A stretch of DNA of 64,000 bases from Haliotis rufescens (taxonomy: Eukaryota). The translations under genes and the position numbers were made by a program. Positions 23,601 to 35,256 of this stretch are shown in pieces (positions within the stretch are counted from its first letter, which is position 1; each line of letters opens with the position of its first letter). The notes beneath the pieces were generated by a model. The model was given only the letters and a program-made list of their open reading frames with translations, was not told where the DNA came from and did no database searches. The stretch spans positions 310,001 to 374,000 of the forward strand of contig NW_025964371.1 of the NCBI RefSeq assembly GCF_023055435.1, written 5' to 3'.

Positions 23601-26600
23601 GTTTAACAATAGTTTCGTGTCTTTATGCGGTCTATAATTTCGACAAAAATGGATACAATTTGTCTTTGCTTTAGAAAATCTAAAGCCATTTTCAAGCAAC
23701 CACTTTTGGGTTTTATTTAGGCAAATCTGCAGTTGCCTTTCTTTTGTATGAATGTTTTTGCCACGACAAGATATGTTGAAGTCATCTACAAAGAGTGACC
23801 CATCAATGGAGTCTTTCAATACCTTGGAGATACTGTTAATTTTAATGCTGAATAAAGTGACAGACAAAATACTGCCTTGTGGGACACCCTGATCCTGATT
23901 GTAATGATCAGACAGGGTTGAACCCACACGGACTTGACATTGTCTGTCAGTTAAAAAACTGGATATAAACTAAGGCAAACGACATCGCAATCCAAAATCA
24001 TGAAGATCTTTTAAAATGCCATGCTTCCAAGTTGTATCATAAGTTTTTTTCTAAATCGAAAAAGATATATACAGCATGTTGGTTTTTTTAAATGGAATTT
24101 TGTATGAATGATTCTAAACGCACAAGATGATCAATGGTACTTCTATTTTTCAAACACCAAACTAATCGATTGTTCACCATACGCTCCATAGTTTTGCAAA
24201 CGCAGCTAGTGTGAATGAGTGAGTGAGTTAAATTTTAAGTCACATCGGCAATATTTCAGCCATATCATGACTATCAATATTTAAACATAATACATATATT
24301 GAAACTTGTATAAAAACCTGTCAACGAAGAACAGTAAAATTACTAGATTCATCACAGAAAAAGATATAAAACTAGTACGGAAATATAAAAGAGAATAGCA
24401 CTATACATAACAATACAAGATAAAAACAGGCTATAGATCGCCAGCAGCTGAAGGTAGACCACCATGACGGTAATTTGATGGATCTGTATGATCCCGTCCA
24501 GGTTTTGGTATAGGGACTACAATTGCATCATGCCACGAAGGAGGAAAAATCCCTGATGTCCAAATATCATCAAATATAGTTAAACGTGTCTGGAGACATG
24601 ATTCAGGCAAATGGTTTAAAAGCTGATAATGAATATTATCAGCTCCAGTTGCAGTCTTTTCCAGTTGCTTAAATTTCTGAAATTTGGGATCATAAATGGA
24701 TGATGAAGACTGCTTGGCTAAAGTTTCGCCTTATTTATTTGCTATGTCGGATTTATCCATTAATATATTATTACCATCTTTGATATGTTTAAAGCTGGAT
24801 TTAGAACCCTTGCCTTTATTTCTTTAAATCATATGGCACAGTTTAGATATAGGTGTGCAGGAATTGATTCTAGAGACATAATGTCTTCAAGACTGACGTT
24901 TATTCTGTTTAAATGTTCGTCTTGCCTTTGCACTATTTATTTTTAAAATATTCAAATTATGGACCGTATAATTTCGACAAAAATGGATACAATTTGTCTT
25001 TGCTTTAGAAAATCTAAAGCCATTTTCAAGCGACCACTTTTGGGTTTTATTTAGGCAAATCTGCAGTTGCCTTTCTTTTGTATGAATGTTTTTGCCACGA
25101 CAAGATATGTTGAAGTCATCTACAAAGAGTGACCCATCAATGGAGTCTTTCAATACCTTGGAGATACTGTTAATTTTAATGCTGAATAAAGTGACAGACA
25201 AAATACTGCCTTGTGGGACACCCTGATCCTGATTGTAATGATCAGACAGGGTTGAACCCACACGGACTTGACATTGTCTGTCAGTTAAAAAACTGGATAT
25301 AAACTAAGGCAAACGACCTCGCAATCCAAAATCATGAAGATCTTTTAAAATGCCATGCTTCCAAGTTGTATCATAAGTTTTTTTCTAAATCGAAAAAGAT
25401 ATATACAGCATGTTGGTTTTTTAAAATGGAATTTTGTATGAATGATTCTAAACGCACAAGATGATCAATGGTACTTCTATTTTTCAAACACCAAACTAAT
25501 CGATTGTTCACCATACGCTCCATAGTTTTGCAAACGCAGCTAGTGTGAATGAGTGAGTGAGTTAAATTTTAAGTCACATCGGCAATATTTCAGCCATATC
25601 ATGACTATCAATATTTAAACATAATACATATATTGAAACTTGTATAAAAACCTGTCAACGAAGAACAGTAACATTACTAGATTCATCACAGAAAAAGATA
25701 TAAAACTAGTACGGAAATATAAAAGAGAATAGCACTATACATAACAATACAAGATAAAAACAGGCTATAGATCGCCAGCAGCTGAAGGTAGACCACCATG
25801 ACGGTAATTTGATGGATCTGTATGATCCCGTCCAGGTTTTGGTATAGGGACTACAATTGCATCATGCCACGAAGGAGGAAAAATCCCTGATGTCCAAATA
25901 TCATCAAATATAGTTAAACGTGTCTGGAGACATGATTCAGGCAAATGGTTTAAAAGCTGATAATGAATATTATCAGCTCCAGTTGCAGTCTTTTCCAGTT
26001 GCTTAAATTTCTGAAATTTGGGATCATAAATGGATGATGAAGACTGCTTGGCTAAAGTTTCGCCTTATTTATTTGCTATGTCGGATTTATCCATTAATAT
26101 ATTATTACCATCTTTGATATGTTTAAAGCTGGATTTAGAACCCTTGCCTTTATTTCTTTAAATCATATCGCACAGTTTAGATATAGGTGTGCAGGAATTG
26201 ATTCTAGAGACATAATGTCTCCAAGACTGACGTTTATTTTGTTTAAATGTTCGTCTTGCCTTTGCACTATTTATTTTTAAAATATTCAAATTATGGACCG
26301 TAGGGTGTCGGCGGAAAAACTTTTCTACCTTTTTCCTACGCTTTCAAGCCTGATTGCAATCGTCGCTAAACCATGGTTTGGGAATGTGCGGGTTCACAGA
26401 GGACTTAGGAATGGTTTCATCAGCTATGTGTTTTAACTGTTCTGAGAACATCTGTATAGGGCCTGGAATGTTATGGAAAGTTTCTGGTTTTAGTGTTTCA
26501 AAACAACGAGTATGAAATAAGGGCCAATTTGCTCTATTAAAATTCCACCTTGTTGAAGGTGGCTCATAAGTTGGAAGAATAGTTTTTAGTAATGTGGGAA

Positions 26601-29600
26601 AATGGTCACTTCCACACAGGTCATCATGAACTGACCAGTCAAATTCGTTCAGCAAATTGGCATCTGTAAGTAACAGATCCAATGCTGAATAAGTCCCTGT
26701 TGCAGGATGTAAGTACGAGTTTGAACCATCATTAAATATACACAAATTATTGTTTGTTATAAAATCTTCAAGGACCGTGCCCTTAGCGTTGGTATCATCA
26801 CTTCCCCACAGAGGGTTATGTCCATTTAGGTCACCCATAATGACACAGGGTTGAGGGAGTTGGTCAAATAAAGGCTGAAGATCAGCCTGCTGAAGGGGAG
26901 AAGATAGTGGAATATACAAAGAGCAAAGTGTGAAGGCGATGTGAAATGTTAGCCGGACTGCAACGGCTTGAAGATTGTTGGTAAGATGAATTTCTCTATG
27001 GATTATGTCCTGTCTCACCAAGATTGCAGAACCTCCAGTGGCTTTTGCTCCTGGAGGGGAGAAGAGATTATACATGTTATATTTCCTGACATCACATTTA
27101 TCTGTGTTCTTAAGATATGTTTCTTGTAAACACAAAGCTGATGGTTTAAAATCTTGAATTAAAAGCTGTAAATCATTAAAATTATTCCTAAATCCTCTAC
27201 AATTCCATTGAATTAAGGTGTACGATTGAGTCATGGTGGCTCAATCGGTTAACACTCACGTACACGTGAGGAGGAAGGACTCTACTCTACTACTGCTCTG
27301 TGACGATGGGGTTACATCCATGTCCAGAGCATCAAAGGAGTTCTGGACAACTATCTCTGAAGATGAGTAGTTCCTGGTTATCTGTTTTTTAGTACTTTTT
27401 TCCTTTCTTTTCTGGTCAAAGGTTGAATGTCTGGTTCTACAGCATTAGATTCTTTAGTGACAAGCACTTCAGCAGCAGACACCGTATTGTCTGGTTCAGA
27501 GAGATTCACAGTTTGGGTGGAAGATGTTTTAGAAGTTATGCTGACAGGTTGATCTGACTTAACCCAGGACAATTCTGTCTGAATAGAGATTGATGAAGTT
27601 TGTGTAACAGTACGAGCAGCAGCTGCAGAATATGTTTTATTTAGTGATGTTGGAGGAGATTTGTTCTCAACAAGTTTCTTTGCCTCTTGAAATGAAATGT
27701 TTTTTTCATGTTTGACCTTCAGAATTTGTGATTGGGTTTGCCACACAGGACATAACCTTGAAGAAGCCAGATGTTGTCCTTTACAATTTGCACATTTTAT
27801 CTCTGCATCACAATCTGTGTTCTCATGTCCACCGCCGCAACGTTGACATATTACAGAGTGGTTACAATATTTTGAGCCGTGACCAAACTTTTGGCACTTG
27901 AACCACCGGAGTGGATTAGGGACATACACCTCCACTCCAATGTTCAGATAACCAGCTTTAATAGACTTAGGAATTGTTGAAAGTGCAAAGGTAAACAGAT
28001 ATGTGTTGGGCGGGATGATGTCACCGTCTCTAGACTTCATAGTGAAACGATTTACTGCTATCACTCCTTGTGTTCTTAATTCTTCTGGGGAGGTTGGGTA
28101 GCATAGTGGTTAAAGCGTTCGCTCGCCACGCCGAAGACCCGGGTTCGATTCCCGACATGGGTACAATGTGTGAAGCCCATTACTGGTGTCCCCCACCGTG
28201 ATATTGCTGGAATATTGTTGGCATATTGCTAAAAGCGGCGTAAAACAGTACTCACTCACTCACTCACTCACTTAATTTTTCTGCCAGCCTGGTTCGGCCA
28301 ATGACAGTAAATTGGAGACAGACAGCACTCAGATATGTATGGGTGCAACCCACATTTGTGTAGCGAGCCATAGTATGATATGGACGCAACCCACACTCAT
28401 AAAGCGAGCCATAGTATGATATGGATGCAACCCACACTCGTGTAGCGAGCCATAGTATGATATGGATGCAACTCACACTCGTGTAGCGAGCCATAGTATG
28501 ATATGGATGCAACCCACACTCGTGTAGCGAGCCATAGTATGATATGGATGCAAACCACATTCGTGTAGCGAGCCATAGTATGCTATGGAAGCAACCTACA
28601 CTCGTGTAGCGAGCCATAGTATGCTATGGATGCAACCCACACTCGTGTAGCGAGCCACTGAATGATATGGATTGGAGCAACCCACGTCCGTGTGGCGAGG
28701 GGGAAACCTTTGAACACTGCATCTCAGTATTCACTTCCTGACATTACCATCGAAAAATGCGTTGGGTCATCGGGAGAAACGAGAAACTGTTACTAAGATA
28801 CTCTACTGCAGAGATGAAGTACTTAGTATCTTGTTGATCATACAGGAATAGAAACAGGGTACCCTATTCCAGTGTCATAACACAGAACATATTGTATATA
28901 ACTCATCGTTCCAAGTGAAATATTTGTAGATGCTCTAGATCGACGTGTTCGACTTCGATCACAACAGGCAGTGTTTGCATCCAAGGCACTTGGAGGATAT
29001 ACACGACATGTGTAACCTTTTTCTGTGTTTTTTTGTCTGATATAACTCTCGCCTTTTGAGCTAGCCGTCAAATCAGCCGTACAGCTGCCTATACCAATAA
29101 AGCGACAAAACCCTTTCCATATGCAATAGATATATCTGAATAAAGCAAAGGAATTGTACAATTCCGATCTTATCGTGAGCGTGTGTTTATGAATCACAAT
29201 CAAATAGTGATGATATCAGGTGATCTCAAAAGGCGAGTGTATCCTTCCCCACTGTTGGCACCTGTTACAAACACATACAAAGGCAAGTCAATTGATCACC
29301 TGAAAAAACAAACCCAAAACATGGGAAAATATGGTACAAGTCTAAATAGGGAATTGCATTGGACATCATTGTTGGCACTGATGTGTGAAATTTGGAAACG
29401 TTGTCCGCATGCCTACCATACAACTTTTGTTGTAACATGATCAAAGAAGTTCTAAGCAAGAGTCGTATGAGCTCTTTGAAATCTTGGTCGAAGAAGCATG
29501 CTCGATTGTATCTCAAAAGTTCTGTATCTTTATGCATAGATCTAAATATGAAACATATGAGGCGGTCTCACTGGTCTCCTTATTTAATTCAGACGTGTAA

Positions 29601-32600
29601 ATCAGTGGAAGGGAATTGGCTACTAGTATTTGATTGCTATTGAAGCCTAGCTGCATAATCAAATGAACTTAACAATTTATGTTTATGTAAATGTATACTA
29701 CAAAGCCACACATTACCTAGGTTCAGTTGATCAACTCATAACTGCCATCCTATCTCATCTTATCTCATCAACATTTCAACAAATCAAATGTCTTTTTTTT
29801 CTTGCAGTGGGATCTCATATGTGACCAGAATATTCTCAAGTCCATTATCACATCAGTTCAAATGGCCGGAGTGTTCTTTGGGGCACTGTTTGGCGGACAG
29901 TCTGCTGACGTCCTCGGTCGGAAGTGGACTTACTTCATCAGCCTGGTCCTTCAAAGTGGATTCAATCTGGTGGCAGCATTCTCCGTCAACTGGCAGATGT
30001 TTACAGTGTTGCGTTTTCTCATCGGGATGACGATTGGCTCTCTTCTGGTTGTAAGCTACCCGTATTTCATGGAGTTCATTGGAAGGAAATGGCGACCAAT
30101 TGCATCGGCAATGCCAGTCTGGGTAACGGGTGTATGTGTCTTTGCCCTGTCGAGCTGGTTGAGGCCTGACTGGTCTCATCAACACATCATATTGGCTGCC
30201 CTTCATCTCCCCTTCTTCGCCGGATGGTTGTAAGTATCCCGGTATCCCGAAATTAAGCCTGAGAAAGTTGGAACTCAAATTATGATTGGCGATATATAGT
30301 GATTGCCAATGTTCAAATTCAAAAAGTGTCATTTACGTTCTGCATTATTCAAAATATGTTCAACTATCTAATAGTCACCAAAGGAGATTCGGTTCCTCGT
30401 GCAAATAAACGGGATACATCTCCTCCCACATTCCACGACTCTGAATACATCCTGAATCCCTATCACAAAGTAATGACACAATGTGTTCATTTAAAGATAA
30501 AGGGATCCTGCCCTACCGGTGGCTCTCATCAAAAGCACACGCATGTGAAGTAAACATGGGGTAAAACACGAGAACATATGATACAAGTCAAAATTGGGAA
30601 TGTCATCGAACATCCTTTTCGTCACTCATGCATCAATTTCTTTTCTATATCAGTTTTCCTTCTTCATATATTTTTTTTCCATTATTATTCATCATTAGTG
30701 TTAGACTTAAAGGTTGGGTATTTTCATTTTTGGTTTTCGAAAAGGAAGGATTTCGCTCTACCATTCTCAACCATATTCGTTCAAAATAAGATCTTGAAAA
30801 TATAGCTAATGCTTTAACCAACCATTTTTTAGTTTTACTGATTTAATTCCACCGACGCTGCCAGCTTTGTCCCAGAGAGTATGCGCTGGTTGGCTGTAAA
30901 AGGGCGGACTGATGAAGCTGAGAAAGTCGTGGATCAGATGAGTCGATACAACAAAAGACAGAAGCCCACCAACACACTGCAGCTGCTGAAACAAGTGGCA
31001 GAAGAAGAGCAGAAACTGAGAGCGTCTGGCAGCAGGTACACCTACCTTGACATCTACAGGGGCTGGAGCATCTGCTGGAAGTCTCTCGTCATACAGTTCA
31101 TCTGGTGAGTACAGAAGTGGATCGGGTATGAGAGGGGGTAGATACTATTCTGTGTACCTTGGTATATGGAGATGGAGCGATGAAACGGAATACATGTGTT
31201 AAGTGAAGAAAAGATGCCAAAATTTACAAATACTTGGCATGGTGTGACACATTGTTGTACAAAATACCCAAGCGGTTCTATGTTAGACCAGTTTATTTAC
31301 AGGGGAAGGATATGGAAAAAGCCAATGAGTCGAATAATTTCGACATGCCTTGCCTATAAGCATCAAAGATGAGGGCAATTTTCCTCTCGTAAAAAGCTGA
31401 CGCTCGTAATATCACGGAAATATTGTTCACAGATGTGTTAAATTACTCAAAAATGAAGAGGAATGCCTTTCTTTCCGATTGTGATCTGCATTTTATCTCT
31501 GAAAAATCGACAAACTGGTGTCGTTTTGTTGGTGACATTTTATAAAGGAAATTACACAATAATTTGTCCTGCAGGATGTGCATGTCGCTGGTGTACTATG
31601 GGATATCGTTCGGTGCAGTGAGACTCGCAGGCAACCTGTATCTGAACATCTTCCTTCTGGCAGTGGTGGAAGTGCCAACTACTGTGTTGACTTTCTTCAC
31701 AAACAACAAGTAATCTCATCTCTAGGTGTATTTGTTCGCATGTTATTTAACCGCATATTCAGTATTATTCCAGGCAATGCTCTGCACATCGATCCTGGCC
31801 CGGATGATTCAGTGACTGATATTATGGACAATGGTCCACACTGTTGGGTGCGAAGACACCCTCTTAACCAAGTCAAGGAGACTGACCAGCCGATCCATGA
31901 GTCGCTTTGTTGTTGGCAATGTGTTCTAAAGCTCACTCGAGGCCATGGGTAGCCAAGTCTTCTAAGGCACTGCCAATCGCTGTGCAGAGTTGCGTCCCCT
32001 GGGCACGCCAGAAACCTATGATCGTGGGTTCGAATCCCGTTTTGCTCTGGATATATTCTGGGTTTGTCAGCACCACCTCCGTGCTGATGGGTTTCACCGA
32101 AGTGATAAACGTCTGAGACCTGCATCACTGCAGGCTTTCCTTCTACATCAAGCTGACACGCCGTGATATAACTTGAATAGTGTTCAAAGAAGTATTAAAC
32201 CCAACTCACTCACTCACTCCGGCTTCCAACGGGTATCATCACAAGATAAAACTGTTTCTCCCAATGTTGTGTGAATAGGAGATCAGCGGGTACTTTTTAT
32301 TGTTTTTATAAATCGTTGGCCTGGTCTCAAGACAATAGCATTGACACATGTTGTGGCATTAGAATTAAATTCAGCTCGTGGACAAGGCCGCTTGAAATCA
32401 CAGGTTAATTTTCTTAAGCCAATACGTAGGGTAAAGAAGGTCAAAATGTGTTACTCGTGTCCTACTTGTATGTCTGAAAAAAACATCGACAACACCCTGG
32501 TACTGTTGGATTCATAAAGTAAAAAATAACAATTTTGTTTTCTCATGTTACTCAAATGCAACTCCAGGTGTAAATACCTTTGTTATCAATCGACTGTCTG

Positions 32601-35256
32601 TATCATCCTCTGAAGCTTCCAGATGATGACATCTTCATAACTGAAGATGACCGCATCTATCATATTTAAAGAAGGTTTCAAAGTCGAGTTTAGAAAGAAA
32701 CAACAACGGCATCTATCTGAAGTAGTGAGTTGTCCCTTAGTGTACATGCACGCCAGGGAATAACTAGTCTAGAATAGATACCGAAAGAGATACCTTTGGG
32801 AGTAAAAGGCAATGTAATGGCGAAATCATATGAATAGATAACTGAAAATCAGTTATGACATCAGGTGTCCCGCGAAAAGGGTAGGCATGTCCTGCTCTCC
32901 ACATCCACATTTTCAAAGAAGAATGTGGGTTTCTTTTCAGTCTTCACCCATTCTAGCAGCTTCTACTCCCAATTGTGTACGACAAAAGTTGTGTAAACAG
33001 TGCTGCCGGTGGTTTTGTGCTTCATATTACTTCCAGACAGTATGGCTATTCTTATATGTTTTGTAATGAATCCAGCTCATATATTCATATACATGTACAC
33101 GTACAATACTAACATCATGTCCGTTTGTTTGGTTAACCCCATTTCTCATGCTTGAAATATTGTTGATAAGACGTTACGTTTGAACTCGTTCACTCATCAA
33201 CCTCATTGCTTATGTTTCGTAGATTTGGTAGAAAATGGACAGGGATTGGTTTCTTTGCTGTTGCCACTTCCGCTGCTTTTGGTGTTGCAATCATTGCGAA
33301 AACAGGTGCGGTTTGTAATGGCAAAGTTCATTTGTCCGTCCTACTGTCATGAATTGAACTGCATGACAAATTGATATGTGCCAGTGAAATATATTTTAGG
33401 ATCTGCAGTTCACCTTTTGAGTCCTACACATCAGTGCATTGTTGACTTCAGTAGACGTCATACTGGAACTATTAACTGTCGCCTTATTTGTAACATCATT
33501 CATGACGTACTTTCTCTACAATTCAGTAAGAAGTGGTAATTGATTTATCTTTGTTATCAACAGTCGTGCTTGATTTAGCTGTGCTCTCAACATGATTGAT
33601 ACTGTGAATTTATAGTGATGTGCGATTTAGCTGTGCTCTATCATTCAGCAGTACCGTGAATATGAAGTGGTGCGCCAGTTAGCTGTGCTGTCACATTTAT
33701 CAGTACCGTGATTATGAGGTAATTTTCGATTTAGCTGTGTGCTCTCAAATTAATCAATACCGTGAATATGAAGTGGTGCTCAATTTAGCTGTATTATCAC
33801 ATGAATCAGTACTGTGATTATGAGGTAATTTTCGAATTAGCTTTTCTGTCAAATTAATCAATACCGTACGTATGTTTCAGTCTCAAAAGACGAACAGGGA
33901 GTCATCATTAACCTCTTGGCTCTGGTGACCAAACTCGGTGTTGGTGGAGCTTGGGCTGCCTACGGGTTGTTGGCAAGTGAGACGTACCCTACTGTCATAA
34001 GGTACAGTACACGTTATAATTCAGGACATGATGTCTCTATCGTATGTGGCTGATAAATAGCGTTATTCACGAAGTACATAATTGGACTTTGACGTGACAA
34101 CCAATAACGTTCAGCTATCATACAGCCCTTAATATTTGCCAAAATTGTGGTAATGTATTTTCAATGTTTTGTTTACATTTCCTACAGAAATTTGGGTTAC
34201 GGAGCAGCTAATTCAGCAGCCCGAGTTGGTGGCATGATCGCTCCATACGTCTTTGCAGGGGTATGTTTATTGTTTATTGTTCAGTAAAGTTCATTGAGCC
34301 GATGCCGTGGGGATATTTGCTGACTGTAAGATGTCGGACATTCTTTTCAACTGTATAGAAATATCTTCCTTTGTGCAAAAGTGGCATGGATGGTAAATAA
34401 CTCTAAGGTGTCGCAATTCGCTGTGCAGAGTTGTGTCCCTTGGACACGCCAGGAACCTAAGATCCTTGGTTTTAATCTCGGTTTGCCCCGATTATGTTTC
34501 TAGGTTAGTCAACTTGTGGTAAACGTCTAACACCTGCATCACCTCGGGCATTCCTCCCATATTAAGCTGACACATTGTGATATAACTGGAATACTGTTGT
34601 AAGCAGAAGTCACTCCCCCGAGTCTAGTTATGAAAGTGACATTTTGTTTTGTGTAAGATCTAATTGTTATATTCATATAGCGTTGATGATACTGAAATAA
34701 CTATTGGTATTCAGGCTTTTTTTATTTTATGAATGACATGAATGATACTCAGCTCCGTCATCAGGTGACTGTCATTCAACTTTGCCAACGGATATAGTTA
34801 TTATCACATAGAGCAGTGTGGACAAAACGTAACAAAAAAAAGAATTTTGCATTGATTTGTCATACATCCCACTAGAGCATTCAATACGCTTCCAAATATG
34901 TGTCCACTCACCGTCTATTAGACATAACACAACTAAATTTGAGACATTAATGTAATATGCAAATATTGCCTGGTACATTATGAAAAAAATCATCAACGAC
35001 TAGTGTGTTAGATTTTGACATAACATAACACCACTGCAGATGAAAACCTTCAATTTAATTTTTACAGGGAGATGGTGACCTCGTGGTGCCTTTCGTCATT
35101 GTTGGTTCGACCATGGCCGTCTGTGGAGTGTTATCTGTCGTAATGAAGGACACGAAGGACCAGCCCCTGGCTGACACCATGGGGGGTCAGGTGAACACAC
35201 GCGGGGATGTGATGATGGTGGCGATCCCAGAGGACATAGAAAACACCAAGCTTTAG
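20614..35256 (+). CDS. SLC22-family organic cation/anion transporter-like MFS protein, copy A (513 aa, 8 coding exons)
   Basis: Exons 20614-20892, 29808-30229, 30865-31104, 31575-31709, 33223-33305, 33881-34001, 34188-34260 and 35068-35256; all GT-AG, 1542 nt, no stops. SLC22 motifs TVASEWDLICD, ADVLGRK, LRFLIG, PESMRWL, GNLYLNIFL, FGRK, SETYPTVIRNLGYG, ARVGGMIAP. AATAAA at about 35270. Confidence 0.93.
20945..21860. repeat. 41-bp minisatellite, left part (includes a duplicate of the exon-1 3' end at about 21271-21360)
   Basis: Unit TAGCGAGCCATAGTATGATATGGATGCAACCCACACTCGTG in tandem. Continues after the LINE at 28335-28700. Confidence 0.95.
23633..26300. repeat. 1334-bp direct tandem duplication inside the LINE
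   Basis: 23633-24966 and 24967-26300 are near-identical (about seven small differences by eye), with TA at the junction. Confidence 0.93.
24210..24465 (-). mobile_element. 5'-truncated LINE 3' tail ending in (ACTC)n, inserted into ORF2 (duplicated at about 25544-25799)
   Basis: Homologous to 45860-46113 and 61784-62022. It interrupts the DPSNYR|..TSCVCKTMER motif of ORF2. Confidence 0.8.
28088..28270 (+). mobile_element. tRNA(Asp-like)-derived SINE, family B (solo copy)
   Basis: A box TAGCATAGTGG, B box GGTTCGATTCC, (ACTC)n tail. TSD CTTAATT(C/T)TTCTG at 28075-28087 and 28271-28283. Confidence 0.92.
28335..28700. repeat. 41-bp minisatellite, right part
   Basis: Period of 41 (units at 28361, 28402, 28443, 28484, 28525, 28566, 28607, 28648). 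Confidence 0.95.
31940..32220 (+). mobile_element. tRNA-derived SINE, family C (intron 4 of copy A; orthologous copy about 42525-42795 in B)
   Basis: Matches 58556-58839. B box GGTTCGAATCCC; tail TTAAACCCAACTCACTCACTC. Confidence 0.8.
33570..33867. repeat. ~52-bp minisatellite (6 units) with alternating A/B variants
   Basis: TTAGCT anchors about every 52 bp. Later units alternate between ...GTGAATATGAAGTGGTGC and ...GTGATTATGAGGTAATTTTCGA. Confidence 0.85.
34385..34615 (+). mobile_element. SINE family C, degenerate (orthologous copy about 43250-43450 in B)
   Basis: CGCAATTCGCTGTGCAGAGTTGTGTCCCTTGGACACGCCAG...GATATAACTGGAATACTGTT. Confidence 0.75.

Larger units (their letters stand above)
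21865..28330 (-). mobile_element. I-group (Nimb/I-like) LINE, near full-length, degenerate
   Basis: ORF1 gag-like with CCHC knuckles (27378-28064, VYVPNPLRWFKCQKFGH). ORF2 has an AP endonuclease (26344-27234, IQWNCRG, LCLQET, MGDLNGH, GSDHFP), RT (GVPQGSILS, LFVDD), RNase H (FTDGSK, SDSLSCL, WLPSHVGIIGN) and a terminal Zn knuckle. The 3' end is truncated. Confidence 0.93.

Noticed and set aside
20945-28700. 41-bp repeats as CRISPR, and ORFs 21268-21516, 21687-21905 and 28264-28617 as proteins
   Set aside because: Contiguous tandem units with no spacers; the ORFs are translations of the minisatellite.
28850-29640. Short ORFs in intron 1 of copy A, and the A-specific segment at about 32260-33180
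   Set aside because: No recognisable motifs or termini; probably old repeat debris and not classifiable by eye.
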